DNA from: Camelus ferus
Taxonomy: Eukaryota
Reading direction: 5' to 3'
NCBI RefSeq assembly: GCF_009834535.1
Contig: NC_045696.1
Span: forward strand, 17,362,001 to 17,426,000
DNA length: 64,000 nt
Shown: piece after piece, positions 12,575 through 26,700 of the stretch
How the letters are laid out: each line of letters starts with the position of its first letter
Position numbering within the stretch: the first letter of the stretch is position 1
Program-made: the position numbers and the translations under genes
Notes under the pieces: generated by a model
Database searches by the model: none
Seen by the model: the letters and a program-made list of their open reading frames with translations, nothing else
Told to the model about the DNA's origin: nothing

Positions 12575-13860
12575 TGCAATTTCTTTAGTAGATTCAAATG
12601 TTTGCCTCAAGGATGTTCTTACAAAAAAGCTTCCCTTTTTCAAGTGTGGTTGCAAAGAAAAGAAGAAGACGTACAACATTCATGAAAATTTCATTTTCAC
12701 TATCCCAAACATATAGATGAAGATCATAGCTTATAAAGAAGGGAAAACACTGAAAACTATTGCATCTGTATTGCTTAATTTTTAACATGAAGGTCAAAAT
12801 CAAAATGCTAGGATTTATTTCCATAAGAAAACAGTAATCCTTACCAAAATGAACTGTTCTGTGGTACTATAAGTTATGTAAATACTGAGATATAGAGGCA
12901 AACAGATACAGTTTCATGTTATTGAGTAAACTTGCAAAGATGAGTGTGGTCATATTTATACCTGTGTTGCACATCTGGAGATTTTATGGAACTCCAGAGA
13001 TAAACCATGGTTGCTATTGATCATTCCTATCTTCCTCTTGCCATCACTGGAAATTTTTAACTGTTAAGCACTCAGGCCATAACATTACTTATAGTAAACT
13101 CTAAGGTGTTATGTTTTATATTTGTGTGTTAGTTTCTCAAATTAGAAAGGAAATTCTACAATGGATTTTATGAACACATTTTCTCTCTTCTCCTTTGTTC
13201 CTCTAGCATCAATACTTCTGTGGTATAGTTCGTGCTTTAGTGAATTTCTTCCCATGTAAACTCAGCCAATTTCTTGCATATGCATTTTTATTTCTAAATA
13301 TAATTTGGCTTTACAGACATATGAAAATTTCCAACTAACTACATGGAAAAAAATCCTTAATCTCTATAGATAAATTACTTTATATAAAATTTTTAAAAAA
13401 TGGTTTTCCCACTACCTGTGTGTGAAATTAACATCATTACATCATTATGTTACATCAATGCATTTCAATCATAGCATCTGTTTCTGTGAATCAATAATTA
13501 TTCAATCCATTTGGGACAATCAGAAAGCTAGTTATATAGAAATTGAACTGACAAAACATTTTGTCCCTTCCTACCTGATTTATAAGTAAAAGAAACAATA
13601 AAACAAATGTAAGTGTTTTTAGTACAGTCATGTTATTGTTCTAGCTGCTGTAGAGCAGAAGATGATTATGCACAGAAGCAGCTCTGTGCCTGTATGTCTG
13701 TTTGTATACTACATCCATACATGAATAGGAATGAAACAAAGACCAATGTAGATCCTACAAGCAGATGATGTCTTTCCTCCATAAGCTCTTTGATTGCAAA
13801 TACTATCATTTTGTTTTACAAGAATCAAGCAACATTTGCAAATCTTAAAATGAATAGTAA

Positions 13861-13995
13861 TTTAGTTTTTTTTTTTGATAGGGTAATTAGGTTTGTTTGT
13901 TTATTTGTTTGTTTATAATGGAGGTACTAAGGATTGAACCTGGGACCTTACGCATGTTAGACATGCACTCTACCGCTGAGCTATACCCTCCCCCC
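13861..13995 (-). mobile_element. tRNA-derived SINE (camelid Vic-1-like) with 11-bp TSD
   Basis: Minus strand GGGGGGAGGGTATAGCTCAGCGGTAGAGTGCATG...GGTTCAATCC, poly-A tail; TSD ATGAATAGTAA at 13850-13860 and 13996-14006. Confidence 0.93.
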
Positions 13996-14139
13996 ATGAA
14001 TAGTAAATTTGGATTTAACCAATTTGTGACGTATATAACGTATGCAAATCTACCATGACCCATATAATGTTGGCTAAGAAGTTAATGAGCAATAGAGACC
14101 AGACCTAATGCTTCAGGGAAAATCTTTTAAAGTTTAACA

Positions 14140-14462
14140 AGCTATAACAAAATGCTGCAGCCTCGAATGCCTATAAGCATGTTAAAGTAACTTATTTCTC
14201 CCAGTTCTAAAGGCTGGAAGTCCAAGACTAGGGTGCCAGCATGGTCCAGTGAGGGCCCCTGTCCAGGTTGCAAATTTCTTGTATTTTCACATGGCAAAAG
14301 TGTCTAGGGAGCTCTCTCAAGCCTTTTGTATTAATCTCATTTATGAGAACAGAGCCCTTATGACCTAATTATTTTCCAAAGGTTTCACTTCTAATGCTAT
14401 GACATTGGGCATTAGGATTTCAACATGTGAATTTGGGGAAGACAAACATTCAGACAGTAGCA
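14140..14462 (-). mobile_element. MaLR LTR (MLT1A-like)
   Basis: GGCTGGAAGTCCAAGA..GGTGCCAGCATGG...ACAAACATTCAGACAGTAGCA. Confidence 0.85.
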
Positions 14463-14569
14463 GGACTGACCCTTGAAAATCAGCACCCTAAAGAAAAGTA
14501 TGTATAATGGGAAGAAAAGATAACTTAATAAATTTGGCACAGCAAAGATGTGGTTTTAGCACACACAAT

Positions 14570-14758
14570 AATAGTGGCAAAGGGGAATGTCTGAAAGCAT
14601 TCCTGATTGTCATCCCTGGGTGTACGCAGGCGCTCCTAGCATCCAGTGAATAGAGACCAGGGGTACTGCTAAACATCTTACAGTACACAGGACAGCCTGA
14701 ACAACAACAAAAAATACATAGTGCGACGTGTCAACAATAAATTGTGAGAAAATTTCCT
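14570..14758. mobile_element. MER20 (hAT-Charlie) DNA transposon fragment
   Basis: GCATCCAGTGAATAGAGACCAGGGGTACTGCTAAACATCTTACAGTACACAGGACAGCC. Confidence 0.8.
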
Positions 14759-17709
14759 TTAGAAGAGTAAAAGCCAACGATGAAGGGTGATTTATTTTGT
14801 TGTTTGTGGTACATTTCTACTCCGGGAAAGTTGCTTTGTCACTGAGGGTTCCCTTATTTATAAAATTAAAAAGAGAATTATAACCCTAGGATTAAAAATT
14901 TTTAAAAACCTGTCTATGAAATTATATGGGCTATAACTGAAACAAGAAAAGTAAAAGAATCTTCCTGAATAAATTGATTTTTTTTTCTTAAGTCTTTTAC
15001 GCCAAAAAGCCTCACAAAAACCACTAAAACAGTACTGGAAACAGACCTAATGAAACACAGACTAGAGACTAGAATGGAAGAAAAGAGAGGTAGATTTAAG
15101 AGGTTATTTTGTCTAGAAGAAAATGTGTTTTACAGGTTAGTTCCATGAAAACCATATAAAGAGGCAATTGTGAGGAATGTCTCCACCCTATCAACTGAGA
15201 ATAATAATTAAGCATGTGCTGAATACTCAGTCACCAGTGGCTTGGTATTAATGACTGGAATGCAGGTTTATTTGCTGACCCAATTATTACAGTGTTTGCT
15301 TCCTCCTTATTCTAATCCTCCACTACCAGAATGCTTTAAAGGGGAAAAGACAAATTGCCAAGTCTTACTTTAGCAATTCAATGATTTTTGTGTCCCTGGC
15401 ATGCTGTTCAGTCAGTTAATGCTGCTTAGAGATACTGAGCAGAATTCCTACATGTTGGTTTCTTCCTATTACAGTGCGCAGTTCCACTGATATTATGTAT
15501 CACTACGACCAGAATCAGTGTGAGTACACACACTGAACTTAAATTCTGAAATGGTGACAGTGCTCTATAATGTATAGAAAAGAGAGAGTAAAAAAAAAAA
15601 ATTGTTTATAGGAAGCAAGATGATGTTTAACATATAAGGGCAAGATGTGAAACTGATCTGGGGCAACTAAGAAGAATCTAATTGTTCACATGAGGTAACA
15701 AAGAGGAAGACCTTCTCTGAGCAGATCATTATAAATTTATTATAAGTTAGAAGAGTAGAAATGATTAACTTAGGGATTCATGGGGCCATTTAGCAAATAA
15801 AATTAGGTAAAAAGAAAGAAACTTTAATTTTAGTGTTGAGTTAGTTAAAATGAAACCAATAAGGACGGTTATAGTACATACATATACATATTTTAAGAAC
15901 AGTATAGTATATACATATACATATTTTTTCTCCCCTGAGAGATAGTTGTATAATTTCACTCCTCTCCAAAGACAACAAATTTGAATATATATACATATAT
16001 GTAAATTTCAAACACGTTAGGTACCAAATTACTTTCCAGTAATACATGCTATCCTATTAAATGAAACACCTCCCTTTAGTGTACTCCTCTCTCACTATCC
16101 TCTTGTCAGAGCTCTAGTCTATTCCTTGCTTATCAAAATGTACAATATGAGACTCATAGAATATGACGTTCAAAAAAATTACAGTAGCAAGTGTAGCAAG
16201 TAAGATAAAAGAAAACCCATTTCCATGGCAACGTGAGAATGAAGTCCAATTCTTTTTCTATCATGTAGAGTTTAAATGTCTACGTAGTGTTGCTAATAGA
16301 GAGAACACCAGCAGAGTAACTAATATTAGCCATACTTTAGTTTAACCTCAGAATTTCCTTAAAGATGTGCTTCTAGAGATGGCTAGAGAATTGGGGAATG
16401 TGGTGCCAGTCTGATAGAAATGACTTGAATTATCAAGTTATGCAAAATCCATCAAATCAGTAGCATCTTCAATCTATTTCATCAATACAGAGAGAAGAAA
16501 TAGATTGGTCTTAATCTGGAGTTTTTCATAGAGCAATCTCCATATAATAAAAAATACTGAAAGTTAAAATTGGAATCTGTAATAGGGAGATCTTTGCTTT
16601 GGCAAATTTGAAAACAAAAAGGTTATAATAGGTCAACATAATCCAAAATAGTGCCCCTGAGATGCCTTGGTACAGTCTTAATACTTCATCAAAGACACAA
16701 TCTTTCTAAGACAGTTTATCAGTTATCTCTTTATTCTCATTCTGGAAATGTTCAAATGCCCATCAGACATTTTGCTGCTGCTACAAAGCCAAAAATAAAA
16801 GTGATTTCAAAGGAAAAGCATCAAATGAGAAAGAAAAAAAATAAAGATAAGATTAAAAAAGTAGAAGTCATACCACTATGTGGAAAGCAATCCTGAAGAT
16901 GTCTGTTTAAAGCACTTATACCCATAGGAGATATACAAGGTTAATAAAGCTATTCACTTAAGAAATTTCAAATTCAGGACTGTACTAATCCAAAGCAAGG
17001 TGCTTATTTGGATTTGACACTGGATTTAGCACATGGGAAAAAGAAAAATAAAAAGTTAAGTCATTTGCCAGTGTTCTTAGGTTTCCATACCCTTTTGCTT
17101 CAGAAATTAATAAAGCTGCTGTATTTACAGAGATGCATCAAAGATTACAAGAGCAGAAGAAAACATAGCTGCATCTGCAGAGGGAACTAATCTGATTCAG
17201 AGGATTTTGGATGATGAAATTCATGCAGACTTTAAAGTGGCTATTCCAGAAAGAATACCTGAGATTAATCCATTAAAAAAGAAACTGAAAAAAGATTTTC
17301 AAAGCTTATTCGAAATTCCACTTGCCATGACATCCCCAAATACTTGAATTATTTAAAACTGGACATGAAATTAAGGTAGTTGAAGAGAGAAATTTCTAGA
17401 GACCAAAATAGCAACATTGGATCAAATGATTGATAGCTGCCAATGTGCGAAAGGTTATCAGTGAAGTTTGTAAGACAGACGTCTGAGTTTGGGATCCTCT
17501 GTGGTACACGCTTCCTTTCATAGTCCAAGTGAAGGCTTGATACTAAAGATGAAGTTGTTGTTGCCTAAACAAGCAGAAACCAACAAAAGTAAAAAAGGTT
17601 TTGCCTAAAAATGTTGGATTGTGGAATTACTTTTATTACCCAAAAAGGTAAAAACTCCAGTCCTTGTCATACCCAAAAGACAAGTTTGCAGTTGGGAGTC
17701 AGTGCATTG

Positions 17710-18176
17710 TGTAATGAAAGATTTTTAAAGATTTATTTATTTATTTATTTATTTAGAAAAGTACACCTCCAGGAATGGGGTGCTGATCCAAGGAGGAAAA
17801 CGCAGTGGTCTTTGTCTCCCCTTTGTCTTACACCCTCGCTTAGAGGTGGTCTCTTGATTGATTGACAGCTCTTGTCTCTGGAATGCTTAGTCATGTTTGG
17901 CCTCTTTGTGCATGTACACACAAAAACCCATGGGGGGGGGGGTGCCTAAACCACAATGTTAATTATAATACAATGAACACTGGGTCATGTCTGGTTAAGA
18001 CTTCTCTGCTCCCTCACAGTCTTGGCTGTCAGGTTTTAACCAGTTTCTTCCTGGCACTCATTTAGAAGAAGTAAAGTCCCTTTATGCTGGAGTCAGGGCA
18101 TAATGCCATCTTTCAGAACATTCTCTCTCTCCTCCACCTGTCTGCCTGGTGCCCCCACTTATCTAACTTCCTAACA
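17710..18176 (-). mobile_element. Solo LTR, probably ERV1 class
   Basis: TG...CA bounded ~467-bp GC-richer block; minus-strand AATAAA array near its 3' end; family not identified. Confidence 0.6.
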
Positions 18177-18911
18177 CTTTCAGTGGATAAAGGAACAACC
18201 GAGAAAATTTAAAAACTGCATAATTTCTACAACTGGCATCTTGTTATTTCCTGATCATGTGTTTGAAAGTGAATTTTAACACCAGAAAAGAAAATCTTAC
18301 AAATGCAAAAATAAGAAAATAAAATTTCTGTGTCTGAACCTTAAAAAACGTTACGATATTGAAAAGGACCATAAAGTCAACACTTACTTTGTTGATATTT
18401 TGAAATTGTGAGAAAAAAAATCATATAAGTACACACAGCCCCCTTGGAAAATTACATTTTAATTCCCATTTTTTATTGAGGATCTGCAAACTATGCTCTG
18501 CAACGTAACAGCTTAATCTCTCCAACGACTGCCCAGGTCAGACTTTGTCCTACTCTCACAGATCACCATGCACTTTGGGGTATAATTTAGCACACACTAC
18601 TCCTCATGCTTATATTATCCATGTTTTGCAAACAGTGAGTTTCCCTTGTCATTTTTAGTCCCCAGTAAATAATTTTGAGAAAATGGGTTAGTAACTCGCC
18701 CCCCAAATAAATTCTAGAAGCATGAGCCAGTAGGGTTCAATGGAGCTATTTATTGATAGCATCACATATTTCTTGGAAACTTCGGTATTGCTTGTCATTT
18801 GGTATATTCTATTTGTACTGGAATTTAAACTACATCTTTTTAGAAATGGTCTCAATTTTACATGTCTTTGTACCTCAGTTGAAAAAGTTAAAATGTTTGG
18901 TTAAAATCATG

Positions 18912-19241
18912 CATCTTAGTCTGTTCTAGCTGCCATAATGAAATGAAACGTAATTAAGTAGCTTAAACTAAAGAAATTTGTTTTCTCACAGTTTTGGAGA
19001 CTGGAAATCTGAAATCAAAGTGCCAGCATGATTGGGTTCTGGTGAGAGTACTCTTCTTGCCTTTTAGATGGTTGCTTTCTTCCAATTCTTAAAAGGCCAC
19101 CAGTCCGACCAGAATAAGACCCTGCCCTTGTGACCTCATTTAACCTTAATTAACTCTTAAAAGTCTTATCTCCAAATATTGTCACATTGGGGTTAGGAAT
19201 TCAACAAGTGAATTTACGGGAACATAATTCAGTCCATAGCA
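18912..19241 (-). mobile_element. MaLR LTR (MLT1)
   Basis: TCTTAGTCTGTTCTAGCTGCCATAA...TTCTCACAGTTTTGGAGACTGGAAATCTG...AATTCAGTCCATAGCA. Confidence 0.85.
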
Positions 19242-20892
19242 TCTTCACAATAGAAAAAAAAATCATAATTTGCAAGATCATAGACATTACAATTTATTTA
19301 ATTTAAGTCCCAAAAGATGCCTCATTTACTTTATACCATATTTATTTATTTATATTTAATGTAACTAGTTATTTATTTATTTTAACTAGAGGTTAGTTAG
19401 GACAAGAAATTGTTATAAAAAGTATCTAAGAAATTCTCTCTATGAAGTCTATGTGACTATTTTCTCAGGAAAAGACAATAGTATTAAGCTATTTATTGCA
19501 TCAAATACTTTACTGTTTTTTAGCTCACTTACTTTAATTATAAAAGAGGATTAAAATCTGTGCTTTAGTAGATATATTTGACTTATCTTTTTTGATTCTT
19601 ATTTCTCTGTGAAGTGCTATGAATTGAATTGAAAGGCAGAAGGAAAAAAGAACAATTGAAAAAAATCACAAAATAAATATGGAATTACTGAAATAAATAG
19701 AGAATTCTGCTGTCCTAGCAGGTCTTATCAAAAAGATCACTAGACTGAAGGGTGGCAAGAAGAAATGCTATGTCCCCAAAATCTCACTTTGTGAAATCTC
19801 AGTGAGACTGGATCATCCCTGTTTCAGGCAATATCAGTAATACTAATGAAAATAGCATTGTATGCAATCAAGTGTAATTACTTACTCTGGAATAATGATC
19901 AACAGAAGCAAAACAATGTTTGCTGCCAATTACCCTGCAGCAACAATTGCCCAAGCAGAGTCCTGGCACTCTGTTTATTCACATTTTGCAGTTTGCAATA
20001 AGGGACCTGAGTCCCTGGTCAAATTTATCTAATCCTACCCGTATGTCTGAGTGGCAAACAAAGATTTACCAGCCAAAATGTACTTCGAGTCCAGGGCTGC
20101 AGTGAAAATTGGATTATTTTACTCCTTAGTTCATGCAGCGTGTGTTATTTCTGAACAAATTATTATTATATTCTTAATTTATATATATTGTAGAACTAAT
20201 TTAAATTGAGCAATAATTAAGAAAATAAACAGAACCTCCTATCATAAAAAGATGAACATTTTATTATGCTTTAAAATGTGGTCTTTTTCTAAGCATATTT
20301 CTATTTTTAGCTATGGTCAGATTTTATGTTGACTGGAATACTGAGTTCTCATGTTATATTTCATACAATTTGTAACATTATTTAAATTTTCATCTATCTG
20401 TGCATTAACATATTAACACTCATTTAATATTAAACAGTCCATTAAGTAAAACTCAGTCATTTGTGGCAGATTATTCTTTGAGTTTATTGCTTAATTTAGT
20501 TAGAATTTTACATCTACTAATACAAGAGAATGTAATTATTACTTTTATTTTTATTTTTTATTTGTGGAACTTTTGTGAGGCTTGAAAATCTAACATAAAC
20601 CAGCTCTTTACATAAATTTGATGGCTTCTCAACCTTTTAAAAATTATTTTGAACAATTTATATTTCAACAGATCTATCTGCTTTTCAAAAAAAAAACTAT
20701 CCACGTAGTTATTTTTAAGTCAGGTTAGGTCAGATTTCGTATTTGTTATTTGATTTTCTCAACTATACAATTTTATACAAAATACCCGTCCACATACATG
20801 GCATGGAATACACTGAAACACTATGAATGCTACTAAGAGTATTGTTGTGTCGCCAGGTGTCCATGGAGTTTTGAGGGCAGCTTACCAGCACT

Positions 20893-21602
20893 ATGTGTTA
20901 ATAACAGTGACACTGATGACTTACACTTTCAAATACAAAACAAACCCAAGCTTAGATAAGGAGAGATTTCATTCAAAAGGAGAATTGCTAGAAGGAGAAA
21001 TCTACTGCAACAAGGGGAGAGGCACTTTTAGAATAAGGAGAATATTAAGATCAGGTCTGCAAGCACCTCAATGGTCAGGCAGAAAGGAACTTGCTCTTAT
21101 AAAGAGGAGAAACCAGGTCTAGAATGACCAGACATGGAGGAGTGGGATGGGTGGGTGGCGTAATCAGACAGTTAGGCATGGAAGTTTGTAATGTTTTTTC
21201 CCTCCAAAGTCAGTAGATTCCAGAACGGGGTCTTTTTGGAGGGATTATTCTTCAAACCAACTCCTGCTTCATCTTAAAGGGCAGTCGAAGTTCAGGGCCT
21301 GTGGGGAAGTAGAGGCTTAACTGGTGTTTAAGTCAAGTGACCGAGTATGTTGCCCAGATTGGTCAGCGGGTACAAATAGTTCAGCTAATCATTCTGAAGA
21401 AAAAAACAAAAAAAGGAATCTGGAGTGTCTGTGCTTGGTCTTGTCATAGATAAACTAGGCGTCATTCACAAGGCTTATCTATGTCAATAGGGAAGGGTGA
21501 TTCTTTGCAGTAGCCATTTCCTGAAACACAAAAGGGTGGGGGACTCCCTAACCTTGATGGTTGTCCAGGAGCACAGAGCTCAGGTAAAGTTTAACATCAT
21601 TA
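20893..21602 (-). mobile_element. ERV1-class LTR (MER110/MER90-like)
   Basis: Minus strand starts ATGTTAAACTTTACCTGAGCTCTGTGCTCCTGGACAAC...CCCCACCCTTTTGTGTTTCAGGAAATGG. Confidence 0.65.
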
Positions 21603-22629
21603 GCACTGTTTTCACAAAAGATCCTCCTGAGGCCTGTGACTTTGGGGCTGATTATACAACAAGAACGTGCCAACATGACCCACGGCGTTTTAGACTATTC
21701 GGAAGAATTGGTTGGGAGGTGTTCTGTGCATATCTCAGGGATTCATTATTCAGGAGAGAAAATGCACCCTTAGGGACCTTTTAAGAGACAATTAGACCTG
21801 GTTCAGGCCTTTCTGAATTCCTTTCATGTGACAGCTTTTGGCTTTATTATACCTTCTTACTTTAACACTATTCTTGTATCCTTGTACTGGAAGAAACCAT
21901 AGACTGCTGAGTGCTGACATTTTTTATCCTGTGGGTTTTCTACAGCAATTGAAATTTGTTCATCTGTCATTGGCCACAATCCCTAGGTTCTTGGAGGATT
22001 TGTCTTTCACAGCTGTGATTAGGTATCAGAAACAAATTTGTTTTTTTCACTGCTTGAAATGTGAACCTTAATACAGCAATAATGTTTTCCTCTCTACAAA
22101 CACTCTTCTTAAAATTCTGTTGCTTCCTCTTCAAGATTACTTACTCTTGCCATGTGGGTGCATCAGAAAGAAAAAAAAAAAAAAGAATCTGAAGGCCAGA
22201 AATTTAGAACTTCTGTGGTGAAGGGAGACGGAGTCCTAGCAAGATCTGTGGGGAGTCATTATAGCAAATTGCCCTGTGGAACGGAGATCACCAGTATCTG
22301 TGATCATTGTCTCAGAATCCGGCCTGTCTTTGTCAGTCCTTTGTGTTGAATGGCCACTGGCAACAGAGCCAATGCAAGACTTTCCATGCTGCCACTGCGT
22401 GTACTTAAATGCCATCGATTCATGAGCTAGAGTGGAAAGACTTGTGGGCTTCCCAGTCATCTCTCCGCACAGACGTATGGTCTACCTGCCTGGCGGGCCG
22501 TTTTATTTAAAAAAGTGCTATTGTGGTGCCATTAGGAGAGTTTGTGGGAGAAGCATCTGGACTCCTTCCTATACAGACACTGCCTCGTGCACCTGGTGAT
22601 GGAGTGGAAGGAGGAGTGGCCGAAGCCCT

Positions 22630-23029
22630 TGCATTTGTCTGCTAGGATTGCCATAACCAAATCCCATAGACTAGGGGGGCTGACACAACAGAAATTTATT
22701 TTCTCACAATTCTGGAGGCTGGAAGTCCAAGATCAAGTGCTGGCAGGGTTCATTTCCTCCAAGGCCTCTCTCCTTGCTTGCAGATGGCCACTCTCATGCT
22801 GCCTCTTCACACAGTGGTCCCCGTGGTGGGTGATTTCCTGTTGTCTTAATCTCCCCCTCTTGTAAGGGTAACAGCCAGCCTGGATTAAGCTCCCCTTCCA
22901 AACACCATCATTTTACCTAATTACCTCTTTAGAGACACTATCTCCAAATACATTCACATTTTGAGGTACTGGGTGGGGAGGTTAAGGCTCCAAAATAAAA
23001 ATTTTGAGAAACACAGTTCAGCCCGTAAT
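22630..23029 (-). mobile_element. MaLR LTR (MLT1)
   Basis: CAACAGAAATTTATTTTCTCACAATTCTGGAGGCTGGAAGTCCAAGATCAAG; ORF 22542-22865 is this repeat. Confidence 0.88.
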
Positions 23030-24976
23030 TGCTCTGATGCCTCTATAATTTACTTTCACCTGAAAGCAGCAAAAACACCTCACACTTTCCGGCTTGGGAA
23101 AAGCACATATTTTTACTTTTTTGCATGTGTTATTTTCTCATTATTTACATTCTCTGATGATCAGAATAAAACAGAGAAGGATTGTCAGTTGATGATCAAC
23201 TGTCATTAACCTGGTATCAAGGGCACAGTGACGGCTTCCCTGTAACTCTGCTTAAATCTCAGTCTTAAGAAGCATGTGCCCTACCACTGAGTTTTACCCC
23301 CTCCTCCTCATTCAGTCCATCATGGTTTGTCATAGCAGTCCTAACAGACTAAGGCATCTGCTTAGTGTTGAGATGCTCCTGTTATAATAAGGTTCATGAG
23401 AATCATATGTAAATAAGCCCTCTAGGGCAGGTCAAAGACAGATCCCATTTTATAGAAAATCCGTTTTTTTCAACTAAGGTATTTCTCTACTATACTTAGA
23501 TTATTTTATATGCCTCCCAGTTACAAAACAATATTAATTGATACATATATTAAATATGTAGTTGAAATATTTTGAAGATTTCACATATTTGTTGGGTGAG
23601 AGAAACAACTACAATATAATTGTTAAGAAAGGTAGATAGCACTAATACTTCCTTTAGAAATTGCCTGTGTTTAACTGTAAATCTATAATGTCAAATTAAG
23701 TTGTATTACCACACACTCACTGAAACAAATACTTTCATGTATCTCTAAGCAGACCTTGCTCACCCAGTCCTTAGCAGCCAAAGTGGTTTCATTATGGTCT
23801 CTATTGCTTATTAAACTCTTCCATCCTCTCACTTTTGAAAATTATAGTACACATGTAATGTGTCTCCATCCTACTGAGAGATCAACAATAAAGAGGTAGA
23901 ATTAAAGGAGATAATGCACGTTTCCATTCATAATGACAGATCTTGGAAGACTGAGAAATAGTTCATGTGACCTGATGAAATTAGAAAATGAGAATGAATT
24001 GCATGCAAAGAAAACAAGTTTATTAGAAGTAGCTTTTCTTTTTAATACTGTCACATTTTTCTTCACCTTTAACTTCCCTTGTGGAGCTTTCAATCCCCAT
24101 TATGCTCAGATAGAATAAGAACAGTGATGCCAGAAGGGATAAGACACTCTAACCATGCATACTAGAAAGAAAGGCCCTCACACTGCATGCCTGTTACCAC
24201 TGGATTTACTGTCTGGCAGCAGATGCTCATGGAGATTCTCACCAAAATGCTCCGAGAATTCATGTTGTGCTTGTCTTCTCTACTCCCCAGTGCCTTTCCT
24301 CCTCAGGGGATTCTACGGATAAGAAATTCTTCCTTTTATAATGAACCCTTCAGAGCTCGCAAGGGGAGTACGTTATCTGCCCCCTCACTGGGGCAGTCAT
24401 TTATGTCCTCTGAAGCTGATTTTTATTATTTTGTTGTAAAGAGCAAGGTTTAGGTGCATGTAACCCATGCAGTTATCAGGGTCAGAAGCAATTGTTTCCT
24501 TATCCTTTGGTACATTCTGTATGCCTTTCCCACATGATGAGTGCCTTACAAATGCTGCTGCTCTGTTTTATAGCTTTACTACCTATGCATAAAGAAGAAA
24601 CTATTATTCATTCAAACACACACGGCAAACATTGTAAAAGTCCACCGAAGATTATTTTTACTGACAATGCTTCAGTTACCTGAACTAGAAAGAAAGGCAG
24701 TTCGGTGGTCCACACACTTCTTGGAACCTCATTTTTCCAGAGTTGGAAGGAACCTGTTATCACCAACATTCAGAGATGGAGTAGGCTCCCACTTGGTGAT
24801 GTACTCAAGCCACTGGAACAGTCTGTAGTCAAAGACCAAACCTTAAAATCTAAATCAGTCCTCTCATGCTAGGTAATGCTGCTTCCTTAATAAAGACCGC
24901 CCACAACCATGTTGGACTAATCCAAGAAACCTTCAGAACTTGTCGTTCAGACTTCACTTTTTTCTGTCCTCATGTT

Positions 24977-25005
24977 CTCTCCCTCTCTTGCTGTCTCTCT
25001 ATGTC

Positions 25006-25036
<31 letters not shown>

Positions 25037-25040
25037 TTCT
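24977..25040. repeat. (CTGT)n / CT-rich microsatellite
   Basis: Direct reading of CTGTCTGTCTGT run. Confidence 0.9.
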
Positions 25041-26619
25041 TTCACCTCCATCTCTCCCTATATCTCTTTCTGCTTAGTACCATTATATTAGTGATTCTGT
25101 TGGACTTCTGGAAGATTCCAAATCCACCACTGGAAATATCCTTGAGATCGTTCTCTTCCAAGTGCTCTCTGATCTTTCAAATTTTGTATTATCTATTTTC
25201 TATCTATAACTATTACAGTAAAACTGAAAATGGAATGAAAACCCAGATATGGATTGAACTGTCAAGTAACACATCGTTTTAAGATTTACACAACAAATAA
25301 TTTTCTGTTTACTAATATATTTAGAATTGTTACTCGGTTACTTGAATTGATAAAATCAAGCTTTAAAGGCAAACTACTCTATCAAGTTTTGCACTTTGCT
25401 CAAATATAGGTAACCTTCCTATATCCTATATTCTTCCATTTGAGAAATTGTGTTGGATACTGGATGGTGACACAGTCCAATCTAAAATCAATTTATCAGT
25501 TGCCTGAAAAAAGAGAGAAGAAAAACTTACCAAAGATAATTCAAGTCATAGAAATGCACACAACTGCTTTCCAAATAGGTAGCACCCTATCTCTGTGGGC
25601 TGCTTCACCAATTTTCAGGACTTAACCTGGTTCATTATAGGGTGTCCTCAGATATCAGTTCATCTCCTCTTGTATACTAAACAACTATTTCGGGGAGAAA
25701 TGGAAGTAGAGTTGACATCACAATGTTTATAGTTTTCGGATTTGTAAGTTATTACATAATGGTTTTTCTCTGACAATAAAGGGACCCTTATGCCTGGCAT
25801 CATCCTCTGACTGCAACTATAGAGCAAGTTTGTCTCCACTCCATTTGCTTTTTTCTTAGAATGTCAAGTCTGAAAAGAAATCATTTAGAGGACTGTATTC
25901 CTCTTTAGTCCTGGCTGCTCTGTGATAGTCAAAAGGAGTATTACCGGAGTCCTTCAAGATGTCTTCTGTGTGCTTACAAGAACATGGCACTTTACAGAGG
26001 AGACAGAGAATTGTTTGTTGGCTACTGGTATTCTCTATAATCTTTATTTCTTTATATCGGATATAAATACATATAAAATATATAGAATGTCAGTGAGACT
26101 CTTCTAATTTTATTCTCGATGAAATTTTGATCTTTTTGGTAGTTTTATTCATTTAGGTACATCAAAGAGAAAGAGTTTTAGGAATTTGAACTAACTCTCC
26201 ACCTTCCCATTTATCTTACAGCACTCCATTTTTATTATAGGCTAATGCCAGTGGAATGTAACTTCTTTTACCTTAGAATATAAAATTTTTTTAGCAACGT
26301 CAAGTTTTAGGTACAACTGGGAGATATTTAATTTGTTATTTCACTGAAATGGAAAATTTTCTTCAGGGTACTTCTCTTTGATGGCAGAGAAGTATACAAA
26401 TTATGCTGGAAAGTAAGGCAAGGTTTTTCCCCCAGGACTGGATGAAATGAGACTGCTGTTGCAGTAAAGTACCGTCCTTCTACAACCTAGAAGGCTTTAG
26501 AGATTCATACATTTAATGTTCCCATCTTGCTAAGTGTTCTGCACGTCGCACATTAGTTTTCCCAAACTGTCACTTGTAATGAAGAAGAACTGCGCTCAAG
26601 ATGACTTGAAGAAGTAAAC

Positions 26620-26700
26620 TGACTCCCAATGTTATGTAAAAGGAATGCATATAAAACAACTGTTCACAGAGAAGCATCTGTTCTGGCAGACAAAACCTAG
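26620..26700 (+). promoter_or_regulatory. Candidate TATA-type promoter or enhancer motif cluster
   Basis: CCAAT 26626-26630, TTATGTAA (PAR-bZIP/C/EBP-type) 26632-26639, GGAATG (TEAD-type) 26642-26647, TATAAAA 26650-26656 in non-repetitive DNA. Confidence 0.25.

Noticed and set aside
13920..13995. tRNA-Ala-like sequence (also at ~5470-5540 and ~12500-12574)
   Set aside because: Followed by SINE tail, poly-A and TSD, with decayed stems; SINE heads rather than tRNA genes.
17130..17347. Stop-free plus-strand frame (…[35 protein letters not shown]…)
   Set aside because: No start codon, no good donor site and no recognisable homology.
24866..25282. Longest ORF (138 aa), hydrophobic
   Set aside because: Runs through a (CTGT)n/CT microsatellite; no domain or exon signals.
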